Of a DNA stretch of 64,000 bases, positions 61,386 through 64,000 are shown one piece after another. Source of the DNA: Lophium mytilinum (lineage: Eukaryota); NCBI GenBank assembly GCA_010093605.1, contig MU004193.1, forward strand, positions 1,495,520-1,559,519. Reading direction: 5' to 3'. A program made the position numbers and the translations under genes. Within the stretch, counting starts at the first letter, position 1. Every line of letters begins with the position of its first letter. Under the pieces are notes generated by a model, which saw only the letters and a program-made list of their open reading frames with translations, did not search any database and had not been told where the DNA came from.

Positions 61386-62498
61386 ATGCAGCACACTCTT
61401 CAAACCGGCCTCGCCGCCGGAATGTCCGCCGTCTCTGGCATCCACACAGGCAACCAAACGAAGCCGAACCCTGTTTCCTCATCTTTCGATGGCCTTGCGG
61501 CCGTAATGCCAGAGGATTGGATACCTACTAGCGATACTCGTGTCACCTACAAGGGAAAGAATGGCGATGTCCAAGCCTCAACACTGTGCATCGGCGCTTG
61601 GCCATGGGGAGATACTGCGACCTTCCACTGGAAGCCTGAGGAAGAGCCCGCCGTGCACGCAGCATGGAAGCACTGTGTGAGCAAAGGCGTGAACTTCATC
61701 GACACCGCGCAAGTCTACGGCACAGGCGAGAGTGAAGCGATCTGCGGGCGCGTGCTTGCAAACATGCCCCGCAACGACTTCGTTATCCAAACGAAGTTCT
61801 ACGTCGTTCCACAGCTGACGGACCTCCTCCATCCGACGGAAGCACCGCTCTTGAAACTCAAAGACAGTCTCAAAAACCTGAATCTCGATTACGTGGACAT
61901 CTATCTCGTGCACGGGCCGATCCACATCCAATCTATCGAGCGAATCGCTAAGGGAATGGCCGAGTGTGTGGATCAGGGACTGGCAAAATGTATCGGTGTG
62001 GCGAACTATAGTGCCGAGGATATGATCAAGATGCAAGAAGAGTTGGCGAAGTATGGGGTCCCACTGGCAATCAATCAGTGTGAATTCTCGGTCTTGCGTC
62101 GCCAGCCGGAAATATCCGGGCTATTGAAAGCTTGTAAAGAGCGTGGCATCGTTTTCCAGTCATACAGCTCCCTCGCCCAAGGCCGACTCACTGGAAAATA
62201 CACAAAAAAGAATCCGCCGCCTGTGACGCATCGTTTTTCTTCATACGATATGGCGGATGTTGAGCCTGTGCTCGAGACACTGAGAAGAATTGCAGACAAG
62301 CGAGGCGTAAGTCTCACTGCCGTGGGACTCAATTACAATCTGTGCAAAGGGATCACTCCGGTGGTTGGAACTAGGAAGGAACAGCAGGCGATTGATAATT
62401 GTCAAGCGCTAGGGTGGCGGCTTTCGAATGAGGAAATCAAGGAGATTGATGCTGTCAGCTTTGAGGGGCATACGACGAGTTTGTGGCAGCAGGGCTGA
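61386..62498 (+). CDS. Aldo-keto reductase
   Basis: IGAWPWG, NFIDTAQVYG (Asp/Tyr), IQTKF (Lys), VDIYLVHGP (His), IGVANY, YSSLAQGRLTGKY, ALGWRL. Confidence 0.95.
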   Translation: MQHTLQTGLAAGMSAVSGIHTGNQTKPNPVSSSFDGLAAVMPEDWIPTSDTRVTYKGKNGDVQASTLCIGAWPWGDTATFHWKPEEEPAVHAAWKHCVSKGVNFIDTAQVYGTGESEAICGRVLANMPRNDFVIQTKFYVVPQLTDLLHPTEAPLLKLKDSLKNLNLDYVDIYLVHGPIHIQSIERIAKGMAECVDQGLAKCIGVANYSAEDMIKMQEELAKYGVPLAINQCEFSVLRRQPEISGLLKACKERGIVFQSYSSLAQGRLTGKYTKKNPPPVTHRFSSYDMADVEPVLETLRRIADKRGVSLTAVGLNYNLCKGITPVVGTRKEQQAIDNCQALGWRLSNEEIKEIDAVSFEGHTTSLWQQG

Positions 62499-62667
62499 GA
62501 AATAGAAGCAGATATGATTGAAGGAGATATGATGGGAGCAGACATGGCAGATACAGATGGTGATGAAATTGATCCCAGAGACTTTCTAAGAACCGTGCCT
62601 CTCCAAAATGATGAACGCATAGAATAGGCTAATCTCGCGAAGCTAAGTTAGAGGTGATCATCGTAAT

Positions 62668-63067
62668 AGTCAAGGCGGTCAATTTTCTATGCACGAAGGG
62701 CTGTCGATTCGGCTTTGAAGCGTCATTGAGAGGTCTCCTTCTGCGACGGGTTTCGTGGAGTTTGATTGATCAATCCACCCTTGTAAGGGGCCGAACGCAG
62801 GTTGGGGACTAGCGTTTGGGGCCATCTCTTCCGCTGCAGCCTGCAGCCACACAGTCATCGAGGCTTGCAAGTCTGCCTTGTATTGCGGCAGGTGAGAACA
62901 TATTCGGGCGTGATAGTACGATTGAGGGAAAAGCTATGGAGATATTAAAATACTGAAGTTTAATGGATAGACATTTGAAATAGGCAACTCCAACCGAACG
63001 GCTCCGCTTCTCCTTTATTTTCGTCGTAGGCTCATTCCATCCACCCTTAACATCTAGACATTATAGC
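62668..63067 (+). repeat. Dispersed ~370-400-bp repeat, copy 2
   Basis: Same ordered blocks as 51010-51407, same orientation. Confidence 0.9.
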
Positions 63068-63458
63068 CTTTCCAAATGTCAGCCTTCCCCGACATACCCT
63101 GCTTGGTCTAACCAGCGCCAAAAGCCCTCAAGTACCCTGGAAGTACTCAAAGCCACTATGAAGGACATTCGCTCCGTTTCTCGAGCCTTGCAGCCTTCTC
63201 TTTCAGATCAAAAGCTTCTATGCCCATGTAGGATTGGCCTTCTCAGCCTCGCAGCCCTCGCAGCCTTCTCATTCGACTGCGCCATGCAAAGCGGGCAGCC
63301 AAGTCGCCTGAATTCCTGTTATGCCTCCACGTTTAAGCCAAAGACTGTGGGGAGCCCCCCAAGTCCTCAGCCTGCGTTCCAAAGTCTAATACTCAACACC
63401 CGTCCCACTTTCAGTAGGATTAGCACGCACATAAGCTCAAAGTAGCAAAATAAATACC

Positions 63459-64000
63459 ATGGGCCCACTATCTCCTCTCCGTACTTCGCATTCCAGACCT
63501 GAGATAGAGGACTCCAAGCAACTCCACGCGGTTCTCTATTCTGATGAGCATTTTAGCCTTTCGTCTTCATTTGATCTTCTCGATACAGGAAACATCTCAG
63601 TGCCTTGGATGACAAAGGTTACAGACGAGGATCTTCGTAACAACATAGTGTGTGCCAAAAAGACAAATGCGAGGACTTCCAGAACTAGAGTCTTGTATGT
63701 TCAGCGACTGTAGCACAAAGGTTCTACATCAAAGGTTTCCTGACCAAGAACCTACTCTAGTTTTCTGAGTATGCAAACTCATAACAGCAACTCACGACGC
63801 CTCAACATATCCGCCTCCAGTTTTCGAAGCATCGTAGAGACGTTTGCCATTCCCCGCACCTTCGTTCAAGGCATCTTCAAGGACATGATATGGGATGGCA
63901 ACGGATGCTTTCTTAGCCAAGCTCAAGATGGACATCCAGAGAGATTCGGTACGCATAACCCTTATCCCACGTTATCCTAAGAAAGAACTGAGCGAGCCCT
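63459..64000 (+). CDS. Partial hypothetical protein (possibly fungal CorA-like family), runs off the window
   Basis: GTATGT..TAG intron ~63695-63760 joins two ORFs in frame (RVF-FLSMQTH..LNISASSFRSIVETFAIP); a second donor GTACGC at ~63949. The family guess is weak. Confidence 0.55.

Noticed and set aside
49687..62498. Secondary-metabolite gene cluster (TF, hydrolases, SDR, AKR)
   Set aside because: No PKS, NRPS, terpene synthase or other backbone enzyme in the window.

Overview
Eukaryotic DNA from a filamentous ascomycete (inferred from short GT..CTRAC..YAG introns and Pezizomycotina-type gene families). About 22 intron-containing genes or gene relics are present: FAD-linked oxidase (partial), 7TM-like membrane protein, small double Cys-motif protein, RTA1 protein, NACHT/NLR-like NTPase, WBP1/OST48, complex I 9.5-kDa subunit, BTB-like protein, Xi/omega-like GST, secreted metallophosphoesterase, RRM/FoP (Yra1/ALY-like) protein, EthD-like/alpha-beta hydrolase fusion, GH76, a PAF-acetylhydrolase-like pseudogene, Zn2Cys6 regulator, beta-lactamase-fold protein, SDR, aldo-keto reductase and several orphans. 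The most notable signal is non-coding: one family of diverged ~108-bp (97-109 bp) units with internal dyad symmetry forms tandem arrays at five intergenic loci (32.7-33.8, 42.3-44.05, 49.2-49.7, 57.1-57.3, 60.1-60.3 kb), in both orientations, each just downstream of a gene 3' end. Also seen: a pogo-type MITE with TA duplication, a ~215-nt structured Pol III-like (tRNA-headed) unit, a 169-bp exon+intron tandem repeat, a competing 3' splice site giving a premature stop in the RRM gene, a dispersed ~370-bp repeat pair and a RIP-like relic. All alignments and gene models were made by eye, so exon boundaries and copy counts need computational confirmation.
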